DNA from: Seison nebaliae
Lineage: Eukaryota
Length of the DNA stretch: 25,929 nucleotides
Assembly (NCBI GenBank): GCA_023231475.1
Contig: JALJEE010002373.1
Span: 62,001-87,929, forward strand
Direction: 5' to 3'
In this document: positions 10,908 to 24,203 of the stretch, one piece after another
Position numbering within the stretch: position 1 is the first letter of the stretch
Layout of the letters: the number at the start of each line of letters is the position of its first letter
The notes under the pieces: model-generated
Told to the model about the DNA's origin: nothing
What the model saw: the letters and a program-made list of their open reading frames with translations, nothing else
Databases searched by the model: none
Made by a program: the position numbers and the translations under genes

Positions 10908-13900
10908 ACTACCGAACCATCCAAACCGAAATATGAAGTATTTGATTAATTAAATTTCTATTGTATAGATGAGAACCTAATTTCTTTATTTATCATTTTT
11001 TTTTCACTTCAACGCTTTATTACCTGTCGTCTATATGTTATCAATTGTCCTCTATTTGTTCTCGCAATTATTCAGAAATACATTCTCTTTCTCTTATCTC
11101 ATCGTATTATTAAGGTAAAGGTATATCTGTTTAATCGTCTTCAAATGTCTATAATCTTCCAGTCTTCTATGTTCATAATATTCACGTTCAAATTTTATGT
11201 TATTTTACCATTCTCTTTTTACATCTCCCCCAATTCTATGCCTAGCATCATCCAATTTCATGTTTCCCTTCCCTTGTTCACAATAAACTGAATCTCATAT
11301 TAATCTACTAAAAACTACGTGTTGAATATCGGAAAAAGTTTCACGAATGTGTATACGCCAAAAGTTCCACTTCTTTACAATTCTACCCATCACTGTTTGT
11401 TGGTTATGTAAATACGTATTTCTTACATATATATCGATTTAGGAAACATTTTTACTTTAGCTCATCTATTATTTTCAATTGCGTATAAAAATTCTACAAT
11501 CGAATAACCCTGTTTCAAATCAAATGATATTAATTGTACTTAAATTAATGCTAAAAGAAGGAATGTGGAATTAACATTCGAATAGAAAGAACTTTCTGCA
11601 CGCACACACACAAGTTCATAATAATGAATGACCATTTTAATTTTTTAATTATTTTAAAATTATTAAATGTAGAAACTTTTTATCTTATATGTAAATATAA
11701 ATTTTCTTTATAAATTTTCCGTTACTTTAGCAACATTCTTCATGTTGTTACAGAAATACAAGAAACGTAATTATAAATTGTTACAGAATACATATAAGAA
11801 CGGAAATGGATAATAATAATGGCACAAATAATAATTGTGTCAATAATTGTCGTAGTAAATGATTGACGGAGGTATAATTGAAAATAGTAATAAAGTAATT
11901 CAACAGAAATTCATTAAAATAAAAGTAATTAAAACAATTGAAAATTTCTTATAGTGAAAGAGTACATTACGAATACGAGCATGGACAAAATTAAATTTTC
12001 TGCTAGAAAATTTCTAGTTTCTACTGTTCTAAAATGAGCACACGTTCAAAGTCGTACACAAAAATTTTTGCTGAAGTGGTTTCTATGTTCTTTGTAAATG
12101 AATGGTAGTATAAATGACCAATGTTAAGAGACTAATTCTAATAAATTTTTTCGATCGTTACCCACCAATTGTAGTTTTCACAGCAGGGTGATATCTGATT
12201 TTCAAACATTTTTCTTAACTTTCGTAATGATATCGATGAACTAATTTAGATTATCATATGAATGGAAAGAAAGGCTTATCTCTCATCCAGAGTGATGTTG
12301 AAGAGATAATTTTCTAGACATAACGTTATGAATGCTGCAATAACTGTACTACTACTAATTCCTTTAGTAGCAACAGAAGCGATGCGTATATTTACGTACG
12401 AAATTATTTAACTGTGGAAATATGTATAAAATTAACTTAACACTCGTCTAAACTAGTTACGGACTATCGTATGAGTTTTATGAAATAACCATTCGTTGTC
12501 TATATTAGTCAGAATTTATTTCACGAATATAAATATACAACAACCTTCATTTTAGTAAGTTTATCATTCTACTTATTAATAAGTTATTAAAACCATAAAA
12601 GTTGACTAAAGACTAAAAATTATGCAAAGATCGATTCGTTTTTTCAAACATTCTACATATTTTTCATTATGTTCATATACATTTATAGTATGTTATCTAT
12701 CTATTCAAACACAATTCTAATTTCTTCAACTCGCAGACTTAAGTTGTTAAGTTGGTGCTTAGGGAAAATGGACAGATTAAGTCGCATAATCTGAAGGAAT
12801 TAAAAGATTTTTATGTGTCTTTTTTTGATGAAGATAAGTTTTGGAGAATATTTTGAAATTAATTTAATTTCGTACCAGCAATCACGATGGAACGAAATTA
12901 TATCTCTATTATCAGCTTTTCTTCTATAACATAGAAAAGACTCGATCAATCATTTCACAATTAACATTCAATATTAATGTTTGTATAATCAAAATTTTTA
13001 GAAAGGTAGTTGAATGAAAAGAAGATTTAGCTTCTTCGATTATCACAATAGGATATCATAAATTTAGTAATAATCTAGAATTACGTATATGGAAGAATAT
13101 TACGAAAATATTAATGGCAAGAATGTTTTATGCATATTCTTCTTTTCCGTAAATAATGTTCATGATGAAATCAATTGTCATTTTATGAAGCATGTAAAAT
13201 TAAGTTCGATGGATATTTTTTGTTTCATCGAATTTTTAATGAATTATTTTTACTCACAATGATGTCATCATTCAGTTTGTAATGTCAGCCAATCGATATT
13301 TGTTGAAATTATGATTTATTTGTTGATTACATGTTTATTATTTATTCAACAATCACTTTAGTTTAATTTAGTACAATATTGTGCAATAGTAATATTACAG
13401 AGTTATACGAAATAAGTGTCATGCGAATAAATAACTTATGAAAACGCCATGGCGTATGACAATAGAATTAAGTGTCGTTATGAAGATTATAAGAAAGTTT
13501 TGAATATAATGTACATAATATATGAGATCAAGTGCCTCAAGTGCTCGCTAACAATTTCCGAAAGAGTCAATGAAAAAAACCGATTTACTCCTCTCTAACT
13601 AATTCCTCATAATTAAGTCTCACTAGCTCAATGTTGTTAAGAATAATTCTTAAGATGTCAAATAGATCTAGTCGCAATGTGTAAATTAGACATGATTGTC
13701 AGATGTCCAAATGATTATGACTAATGGAATTAATAAATATATCATCCCCACCCTAAACTGGGAAATGTGTACTACTGTCAATATGAGGGAAGTAGAAAAT
13801 GTTGGAGAAAGTGCAAAATCGATTATTGTCATTATTTCCTGAACGAAAAGTGAGAACAAGAAGATTATGTATACAATACCTTTGGAATTATTCGGAATAA

Positions 13901-16746
13901 GATGAGCATTTCAATGATTAAAGATCATAACAACTTTCAGTGGAAATTTGATGATGATTTACTACTTCCGAATGAACTCTGAGAGTAACTTAATAATTAT
14001 TCGCTTATGTTTGGCAAAATCAGCAATTTTAACAAACCGAGATTGATGGATGCAAAATCAAATACAACTCCCATTATGAGAGTTTCGTGTATTGTACTTC
14101 CATTTATTGATGTTGGATCATCCAACTTGGATGTTGATATGCGACCTTCAAATAATTATACACATAAATTTATATATACAGGAGTTTCGGTCCAATCTTA
14201 TTTCTCCACTGCCATAGAGTGCGATGGAGTGAATGGTTAAACTCGAAGAAGATTCTATCAACCATCCATAGTCTTCGGTGTGTTATGTAGACCTTTTTTT
14301 TAATTAGTAATAGATAACTAGCATATGGTGTCCATCGACAGATTTCTATTACTGGTTAATGTTTTTATTATCTGAGAAATTCTCTTCCCTCATCTTACCT
14401 AAATGATCATCATTTTAACATTCAATGGCCATTTATACTTACGTATGTTCGAGGTATATTACCGATAACACATTTTATGTAAACAATCCAAGATAATTTT
14501 ATCTTTATAGTCGATCAACTCAACAAGGAACGATCTATTTGAAAGATGACTTACCGTTACAGTATTTTGTAAGTTAATCAAAATGAAATTTTATGAATTG
14601 AACTTCTCAAGAATCTTGAGTCAAGATGAATCCATTTCCAAAATGAAACAAAGAATTCTGTTGAACAAATTTCGAATGTTACTGTTACTTCCGAATTCTT
14701 GAATGAGAATCAAGATCATACTGTCGAGAATCTTGACACCAATGTTCGCTGTTAATTTTGTTTAAAAATATAAAGTACTCTATATAAATTACCTTAGCTA
14801 ACATTAGGCTAAATGAAAAATTGCGCCTAATTAAAAAAAATCGTTTCCACTTTTCGATTGTAAATTGTACATTAAACCGCTATATGTATTAGAAGAAGAA
14901 TTCAGAATAATTTTAATATATCTCTAATGATATACCTAATATCATTTTTATCACCTATTAAACTAGTCAAAAAGAACTACATGTATGTTATTCAACAAAT
15001 ATACGTATAAGGTTCCTCGTTTCTTTCAAAATGAATGAGAATAAAAAAAGAATATTTATTCACATATGAAATATATAATAATATTAGTATAAGCACAATG
15101 TGCTAAATAGTTTGTTGGTTTTTAATAAATGAAGAAGCTTATCAAAAAGACTCACTTTAATATTACGTAGTCATATGTAGATAGTATATTATGTAGATAC
15201 AAGTATGGTTAACGTTAATAGATCATACCTCCAAACAACCACTTAAATTTCCTATTTCGTCTCATTAATCTCCTTAGATTTGTTGGTCGATTATGGTTCG
15301 TTATTGGGAGGAAGTTGAAATAGTATCTATAATATCGTTGAAATTGTTCGGTTTTATTACCTGACTAAAACGGTGACCTTCGAAAAAGAACGGTTTATAA
15401 TCTCTCGGAATAATAAATCGATCATAGGGAAAGCTAGCTGGTAGAAATTCAAGTAAATTGGTTGACTGGTAAAAACGAAGAATTTCAGAATATTTTCCCT
15501 TAAGTATATACATTTATTACCATTATTATATGCCATCTTTGCTGGAGTTGATGATTGTCAATTGAGTGATTATCATTCAATGGTAGCATGACAAAGAGAC
15601 GAGACATTGATGGCATATAAAAGAAACGAATGTTCAACGGAAGGAGAAATAGAATTATATGTTGTTTTAACTCTCCCCCATACTTCCATTGAATACGGTA
15701 TGATTAATTCCAGTGTATTTTCAGGAAATTGAATTAATGTTTTCTCCTTAGTCAATTCCTTCAAATGTTTATGTTATCTATTTATATTAAATTCTGATGT
15801 TATTGATTATCTGACAATCAAATTATTTCAATTCAACGATTTACTTCATTTATTTTCCCTTGTCAATAAATCCTTTAGTACTTCATATTAAGACAAATTA
15901 ATCATTGAGATAATTCCACAAAGACTTTTTTCCAACCAAATTATTCTTCAATCTATTTTCAAACTATGCTATGTCCAACTTTGGTCATTTTTTCATATTC
16001 AAAAAAAATCGTGTTTTTTATTAAACATTTCATTAAACTTTTCAAAGAACTTTAAATTCATCTTTCATTTATCTACTTATTAGGCATGATAATGAAATGT
16101 AATATGTTCACACCGTTCATACGAATGTTAGCTTATAGCATTGATAAAATATCATGCAATTTGAAGTATTCAATTTTTTCACATATACGCCCTCAATGCA
16201 ATTTCTTGAGGTATTTTTAAAAGGAAAAATATATTTTGGCACAATTGTATTATATGTAACATTGATGCAATTTTTCCATGCATATTTCCTGATCAGTTTT
16301 ATCAATTGAAACAGATCATAAAATAAACTCATTCGTATCATTCCCAATGAAATATGATATGATAATTAATAACTGAATATTTAGTTATTGTCCATTTGGA
16401 AATGAAGAGACGATGTTCATTTTTCACAAAAAGAATTTCAATGTTTTATGTTAATCTCTTCCTCATAAATAACTCTGTTTCTCAAGTGATGGAGAGTGAG
16501 AATGAAGAAAAGTACTACTTCTATACAGCTGTTTCTAAAGAATATTATAAAAAGAAAAATGATTCACACATTTCTGATATGCGTTCTACTTCTAACGGCA
16601 TTCATATAAAAGATACACAATTTTCATTCTTTCTAATTTTTTAAAAAGAAACAAAAATATCTTTTTATAAATTTTCGATTATTCACGATTCGATTTTATT
16701 TTTTCTAACAGATAGATAGATAATTTTATTTAATGTTTAATTTACA

Positions 16747-18877
16747 ATGAATAACACAAACTCTAGTTCAGATAATGATAAGTCGAATGAGAATATGGAA
16801 GTTCTTATCAGATCGCCGAGTTCCAAGAGCGTATTATCATATACATATGATGACGTTCTAGATGAGATCGGAAGTTTCAAAAAATATCAAATATTTTGGT
16901 TCATCATCTTCGGACTTTTGGCCGCTCTTCCCAACATTCTCGTTTATTCATCCTCCTTTGTTTTAGCCACGCCTGATTTCGAGTTAGATTTTTCCAATTT
17001 TTATCTTCAAATCTCTTTTATAGATGTCTCGATAATTTAAATGATACAGATTTCAATGTTTCAAGAAAAAACTTCTGTCCTGTCACGTGTACAAATTTCA
17101 ATTATTCTACTGAACATCACGAAAGTTCAATCGTCGTACGAGTTAGTGAGAGAACATTCATGAATTCTTCTTCTATTGCTGCAACTAATGGACACTACTA
17201 TTTTGCTGAATTAACTAATAATTTGTATTTATTTGAGGGATTAGATTGACTTGAATTTCTTCTCAATCTTCTGCGGGAAATGCTTTTGTTAGATATGCTC
17301 AACTCATTTCATTTCACTTCTCTAATCAATTAATGCTCTTTCTTCTTCTTATTAAAATTTTTTGCTTTTCTAGTGGAATCTCATTTGCGATCGCGCCTGG
17401 ATTAAGAGTCTCATACAAACCATTTATTTTCTCGGTGTTACTGTCGGTAGTTTCGTCATGGGCTTTATTGCTGATAAGTTATACATCCAACCTTCTCTAA
17501 TTTATCTAATCGATTATTGGGAAAAGGTTTGGAAGGAGATTTGCTCTACAAATAGCCATTGTACATTTATTGGTATTTTGGATGATCTCATCATTCGTCC
17601 CATTATTAGATCAACATATTAATATGACTGCCACATGGACAATATATTTGATGATTCAATTTGTTTTGGGTATGGGACATTTTTTCGTATTCGGAACATG
17701 TTTTATGCAAAGTTATTTTCATTTTTTTTTTTTCAATTAAATATTTTTAATTAATAAATAGTTAGTGAAATGACAGGAAGAACAGGACGTGCATTTTCCA
17801 GTATAATCATTGAAGTGTGGTGGGCGTCTGGAGAATTCGTTTTGTTACTCTTCGCCTATTTTATTCGCGATTGGTTCACTTTGAACATTTGTTTGGCTTC
17901 CCTGATGTTTTTATTTCTGCCATTAATTTACTACGCACCTGAATCAGTCAGATGGTTAATGGTCGAACAACGATTCGATGAAGCTCATAAAATTATCATA
18001 AAAATTATGAAGTGGAACGGAAGTGCTGAGAATGCAGAACATTGGTATCATTTGGTGGATTGTGAGAAGAAGAGATTAGCTGAAGAGAATGTTACCGAAT
18101 CGAATAAAAGTTCAATATTAATGACATCACTTAAAGAAATTCTACATTCAAGAACAATGTTGATCATTACCATTGCCTCATATATCGTTTGGTTGACATC
18201 ATGTATGGTATATTTTGGATTGGGTCTCAATACCGGTGTCTTATCTGGAGATCCTTATCTCAACTTTCTTATTGGTGCCATCGTTGAAGTAATCGGAGTA
18301 ATACTCACATATTTTGGAGTGGTGAAATTGGGTCGACGATTGACCACATTTTTATTATTCCTCGTCAGTGGATTAACATGTATATCACCTCTTTTCTTTC
18401 CCAAGGATCAAATCGATCCCAATTCTCCATTAGCTAATAATCATCTGATAAATTTTGTAACATGTCTAATAATGGTAGGGAAGATGGCAGCATCAGGAGC
18501 ATTCGCTGTCGTTTTCTTATTAACACTCGAAATGTTTCCAACATCTGTTCGAGGCGTTGCCATTGGAACTTGTTCGATGTGGGCGAGAATTGGTGCAATG
18601 TTATCACCACAAATTAATTTATTAGGAGAAGTTGTTGATCCAATTTTACCAACGATAATTTTTGGTGGATTCGGTTTAATTGCAGCAATCGTCACTCTCG
18701 TTCTACCAGAAACGATGAACAAACCATTAACACAGACGGTGAAAGAAACGGAGAGACTGTACAATTTCAAAAAGTTTTATTTTCACTTATTCTTCTTACG
18801 AGATCTTTTATTTAAATTTCTTTTAATTCAGACGATATACAAAAGGAAAAAAAAAAATGAGAAATTTTTGTCAATAA
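16747..18877 (+). CDS. SLC22-family (organic cation/anion) MFS transporter, ~6 exons
   Basis: Exons 16747-16982, 17024-17141, 17374-17477, 17527-17711, 17762-18773 and probably 18832-18877. Hallmarks: DDVLDEIGSFKKYQ, SIVVRWNLICD, ADKFGRR, PESVRWL, LGRR, EMFPTSVR, LPET. The last exon is less certain (poly-A run). Confidence 0.9.
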
Positions 18878-19000
18878 AAAATTTCCTTTTTTTACAATCA
18901 CAAACAAGAACGATTGACAATTCATTGGATTGAGAAGATCGTTCTATACATTAACTCTCTGCCATCCACTTCCATTATTCTACAGACCACCTCCATAACA

Positions 19001-19848
19001 TTATGAGTATTCGACTTCTTTGAAACTAAAAATAATACATCAATAAAATATCATCGTTAGAGAGAGAGAGAGTTGAAAAAGAGAAAAATAATAACTTGCA
19101 TTTCGCACAAGTATAGAATACTGTTTGTCCCTCATCAGCCGATCTAGTTTGAATTGTCTTATACTTCATTTCATCGTTCCCACATTTTTTACACAAATGC
19201 TCAATCTATTGAAACGGAATATCATCATAATCCAACAACAATAAATTCATCGGATGTTTTCGCCTTAATTCTATATAAATAATTCCAATATTCAATATAA
19301 ACTTACCAATTCCGATTATTGAAATCGAACACAAACTATATACTCGTCCATTACAATAATTGAACTGCCTTTCATTTTTATCGCTGGATTATTTTTAAAT
19401 AAAATCTTATGTAATTATAATTTGAATGGAAAGAAAAGTGTCTTCGCTAACTAATGATAAATAATTGTGTATAATAGAAATTCAAAAAAGTATTTTAAAT
19501 AAATTTCTTTTTTTTAACTTGTTACTAGTGGAATTGAGTAAAAAGTGTTTAAAAAAGGATATATATTAACATAATTTGATTCATCGATGTCATCACCAGA
19601 TGAAGCTTTATTTGCGATCGGATCGAAAGTTATCACTTGTGTCGTTGTAATTCCGAGAACTAGTATTGGGAGAAAAGAGAAAATTTCAAAGAAATTAAAA
19701 TAAATTGAAATAAACATGTTTTCATATCTCCCTTCTTCTTACAAATGTCACATGTGATTGAAGTGATTTTCTTACCGCTAGCAGAAGCGAAAATAGATCC
19801 ACAATACTGACAAAAATTGCCATCATCATTAACGAGTTCGTTCTGCAT
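19001..19848 (-). CDS. POLR1H: RNA polymerase I subunit RPA12 (ZNRD1), 4 exons
   Basis: Exons 19848-19716, 19659-19571, 19205-19096 and 19025-19001. N-terminal ribbon FCQYCGS...CDIC and TFIIS-like C-terminal ribbon CKKCGNDEMKYKTIQTRSADEGQTVFYTCAKCNFKEVEYS*. Confidence 0.92.
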
Positions 19849-21887
<2,039 letters not shown>

Positions 21888-22107
21888 GATCTGTTCAATT
21901 TGTTCAAACAATTTTTTTCCGTTTTTTTTTCTTTTCAATAAATCGTAATGTTTAGTGTACACTTAAATGAGATTGGTTTAGTAAATTTATAATTATAAAA
22001 TAATAAAAATTAAACTTAAAATTTATTCAAAAATTTAAAATTGACAAAACGAATTGTAAAAAAGTAAGAAAATTAATAAACAAAACAAATTGATATGAAT
22101 AGAAATT

Positions 22108-22863
22108 TTAATGATTAACATATTTGTCAGAGAATTCTTTTTCTGGCAAACGCTTCCAATCTTCTATCAAACGTACGAATGCCATTGAGAATTTAATTTG
22201 TTCACAGTCATTCTTTACCATAAATAATTCTTGGACATACGTAAATAAATATTTGATTGCTTGTGGCGAAGTGTTTGCAACGCAATTACTTGATTTTTCT
22301 ATAAAGAAATTCAAAAATTCTTCATGGTCCGGGTCGTTTTCTATTGAATTTCTTTCTGGATTATTCTCCTGAATAATATTTTCTATTGGAGACATAACCA
22401 TTGGGGCATCAATTGATGGATTATCATATTGAAATGAATAATCATCCATTCTAAATGCGGCAACTTCTTCAATCTGTTCTTCCTCTACTCCTGGAATTGT
22501 TAGTTCGTGAATTGGTGATAATTCACAACTGATTGTGTTATCTTTCAGTTCTGATTTGATCGGTTCTAATTTAATTTCTTTTTTAATTTCTTTTTTAATT
22601 TTTTTAGAAAACATCATATCCAAATATTTCAAGTATATTTTGTCTAATTTATTACGTTTCTTATAAGTCAAATAATAACATTTTAGATTATTGTAACGTT
22701 TCTTCAAATATTGAATGGTACGGTTGATGTTCAACGTTTTCAAGATTTTCAACCAAGTTTCTTCCAATTCAATGATACTGGATTGGAAGTGATCCTTATC
22801 CCAAATAACTGGATATTGATAAATTGTAAGAATAAACTTGTCTTCATCTAAATGATTACTCAT
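22108..22863 (-). CDS. MADF (Myb/SANT-like) domain protein
   Basis: N-terminus DEDKFILTIYQYPVIWDKDHF...EETWLKILKTLN...LKKRYNNLKCYY fits the MADF pattern. A 28-nt upstream exon 23077-23050 ends ATG|GTAAGT and can splice in frame to an acceptor 12 nt before the ATG at 22863. Confidence 0.7.
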   Translation of the reverse strand: MSNHLDEDKFILTIYQYPVIWDKDHFQSSIIELEETWLKILKTLNINRTIQYLKKRYNNLKCYYLTYKKRNKLDKIYLKYLDMMFSKKIKKEIKKEIKLEPIKSELKDNTISCELSPIHELTIPGVEEEQIEEVAAFRMDDYSFQYDNPSIDAPMVMSPIENIIQENNPERNSIENDPDHEEFLNFFIEKSSNCVANTSPQAIKYLFTYVQELFMVKNDCEQIKFSMAFVRLIEDWKRLPEKEFSDKYVNH

Positions 22864-23374
22864 TGAAGAAATTACCTTGAACAAAAAACAAATGGCAGAA
22901 AAGATCCTCACTAGAAATTGTCTCTCTAATTTATTCTTTCTATCCCAAGCTATATTTTTGAAGTATTTTAACCATAAACTCTCTTTTAGTTTATTTTTTA
23001 GTTTAAGTTATTAACAATGAAGTTCAATTGTACAGCCTTAAAAACTTACCATAAACTCTACATATCATTCCCGAAACCTGAAAAACTTATAATTTGTCTC
23101 CATTTATTATTCTCATGAAATTTTATTTACATTTTAGAACATTCTGTTTAAACTTCCATGAATTTACTAAATTATATTTTGTACGAAACTAATATGAAAT
23201 TTAAAAATTTCACTAATCGGAAAATTTATTTGTCATAAGAGAGACACATGAAAAACATCAAAACTTGGAAACGTGTTTTTATTCTCGTTTTTAAAGTTTG
23301 ATTTTGTTCTACAATTTCGTAAAATCTTGGGAATTAAATTAATAATTTAAACGTGAAAAAAAAACTCATAATAA

Positions 23375-24203
23375 TTACCCTACTATACAAAATTTACGTT
23401 GAATCAACATTATGATTTTTAACTTAAAACAACCAGAAAATAAGGTTGAAATTAGGTTGAATAATGTATAACTGTTGATTTCTTCCTCCTCGATTTTTTT
23501 CTTCTTCCATGAGTTGCGACCACTTACCGATCTATTCATGTCCCTCATCGAATTTGATAACGGATCGCAAAATTTCTCTGATTTTTTCTCCGTTTTTGAA
23601 ATAAAATGTCGTTGATTTTCAATTTCATTCAATTCAATACTGCTTTCTAAGGAATTATTTCTCGCAATTGTGTCATTCTCATTCTCCGTTGATTCATTGA
23701 TTGGCATACAATTATCATCCACTCTTGTATGGCTGTCGATAACTTCCTCTTCGACTTTTTTCCTTTTACGTGAATTACGACCATTTTGCGATCTATTCCT
23801 TTCATATAAACTTCTTAACTCTTCGAATTCTTTATCGGTTTCGGACGAAATAATGTCTTTCAATAACATCGAATTATCTAGGATAACATATGATCAATTA
23901 ATGACTACTAAGAACTAATAATAAACTTTTTTTTTTTAAAACGTTGTCCACCTCCCAAAGCGGCCATGATTTAAATGGACCGCCATTTTCCAAACCCAGT
24001 TCATAAATTTCTGGATCCGAGAAGGACGTGTTCCAATGACAGTAGATTTTTTTCCCCATTTTTATCATCCATTCCGATCTAACTGTAGAAACGTTACGTC
24101 CTTTGTGTTTAAATTTAACACTGGAAAACATGATTCTAGGAAAAAGTCCCCGAGTGGAAAATATCAATGAAAAATTTGGAAATTTTTTATAGATATTAGA
24201 CAT
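23375..24203 (-). CDS. Transposon accessory ORF (two exons joined by a 49-nt intron), probably 3'-truncated
   Basis: ORFs 24203-23898 and 23869-23375 join in frame via phase-1 intron 23926-23878 (GTTTAT...CCTAG). The N-terminus SVKF...VSTVRSEW...YCHW...GPFKSWPLW resembles accessory proteins of animal EnSpm-like elements; the rest is charged and low-complexity. Confidence 0.55.

Noticed and set aside
14010..14045. Minus-strand peptide FVKIADFAK resembling a kinase DFG region
   Set aside because: No HRD, VAIK or APE motifs nearby and surrounded by stops; likely chance.
19554..19562. U12-like donor ATATCCTTT (minus strand) near the POLR1H exon 2 end
   Set aside because: No CCTTAAC branch site or frame-compatible AC acceptor found; the GTT donor at 19570 gives a correct phase-0 join.
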